Origin: Hypanus sabinus
Taxonomy: Eukaryota
DNA: 64,000 bases
Direction: 5' to 3'
NCBI RefSeq assembly: GCF_030144855.1
Contig: NC_082710.1
Span: 161,758,001 to 161,822,000 of the forward strand
The translations under genes were made by a program, and so were the position numbers. This document shows positions 63,947 through 64,000 of this stretch, one piece after another; position 1 is the stretch's first letter; each line of letters begins with the position of its first letter. The notes below the pieces were generated by a model. The model ran no database searches, was not told the DNA's origin, and saw only the letters and a list, made by a program, of their open reading frames with translations.

Positions 63947-64000
63947 GACATCTGGGAAACAGATTTTATTTTCTAAGCCTGTGTGTCTGTAATTCTTTGT
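63947..64000 (+). CDS. next exon of the Ig gene (partial, runs off window): second hydrophobic segment
   Basis: Strong acceptor ttttatttctccacag|; phase-1 continuation gives GHLGNRFYFLSLCVCNSL...; only 54 nt visible. Confidence 0.55.

Noticed and set aside
1-64000. Prokaryotic operon, defence system or CRISPR array
   Set aside because: Spliced exons, vertebrate LINEs/SINEs and low coding density; no regularly spaced repeat-spacer array was seen.

Overview
Eukaryotic vertebrate genomic DNA, not prokaryotic. The repeat repertoire (CR1, L1, RTE, Rex1/Babar-like LINEs, Penelope-like elements, tRNA-derived SINEs) suggests a cartilaginous fish, probably a ray; this is inference. Most of the window is nested retroelement debris. 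Two non-routine systems stand out. (1) A decayed ~8.4-kb provirus on the minus strand (~14.4-22.8 kb) ordered gag(zinc knuckle)-PR-RT-RNaseH remnant-second RNaseH-IN-env-PPT-LTR. Its Env has an RRKR furin site, a fusion peptide and a paramyxovirus-F-like layout, which fits a lokiretrovirus-type element. (2) A plus-strand Ig-superfamily host gene built from phase-1 exons: two Cys-less CD2/CEACAM-type V domains, a C2 domain, a hydrophobic exon, and a second hydrophobic exon running off the window end, suggesting an Ig plus multi-pass membrane receptor. Also present: a very young twin-primed L1 with a 15-bp TSD and two uninterrupted ORF2 halves, an RTE with the same inversion geometry, Penelope tails with minimal hammerhead ribozyme motifs, chromovirus-type Ty3/gypsy remnants and a Tc1-derived element. 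TE boundaries are approximate unless TSDs or terminal motifs are quoted. All alignments and translations were done by eye.
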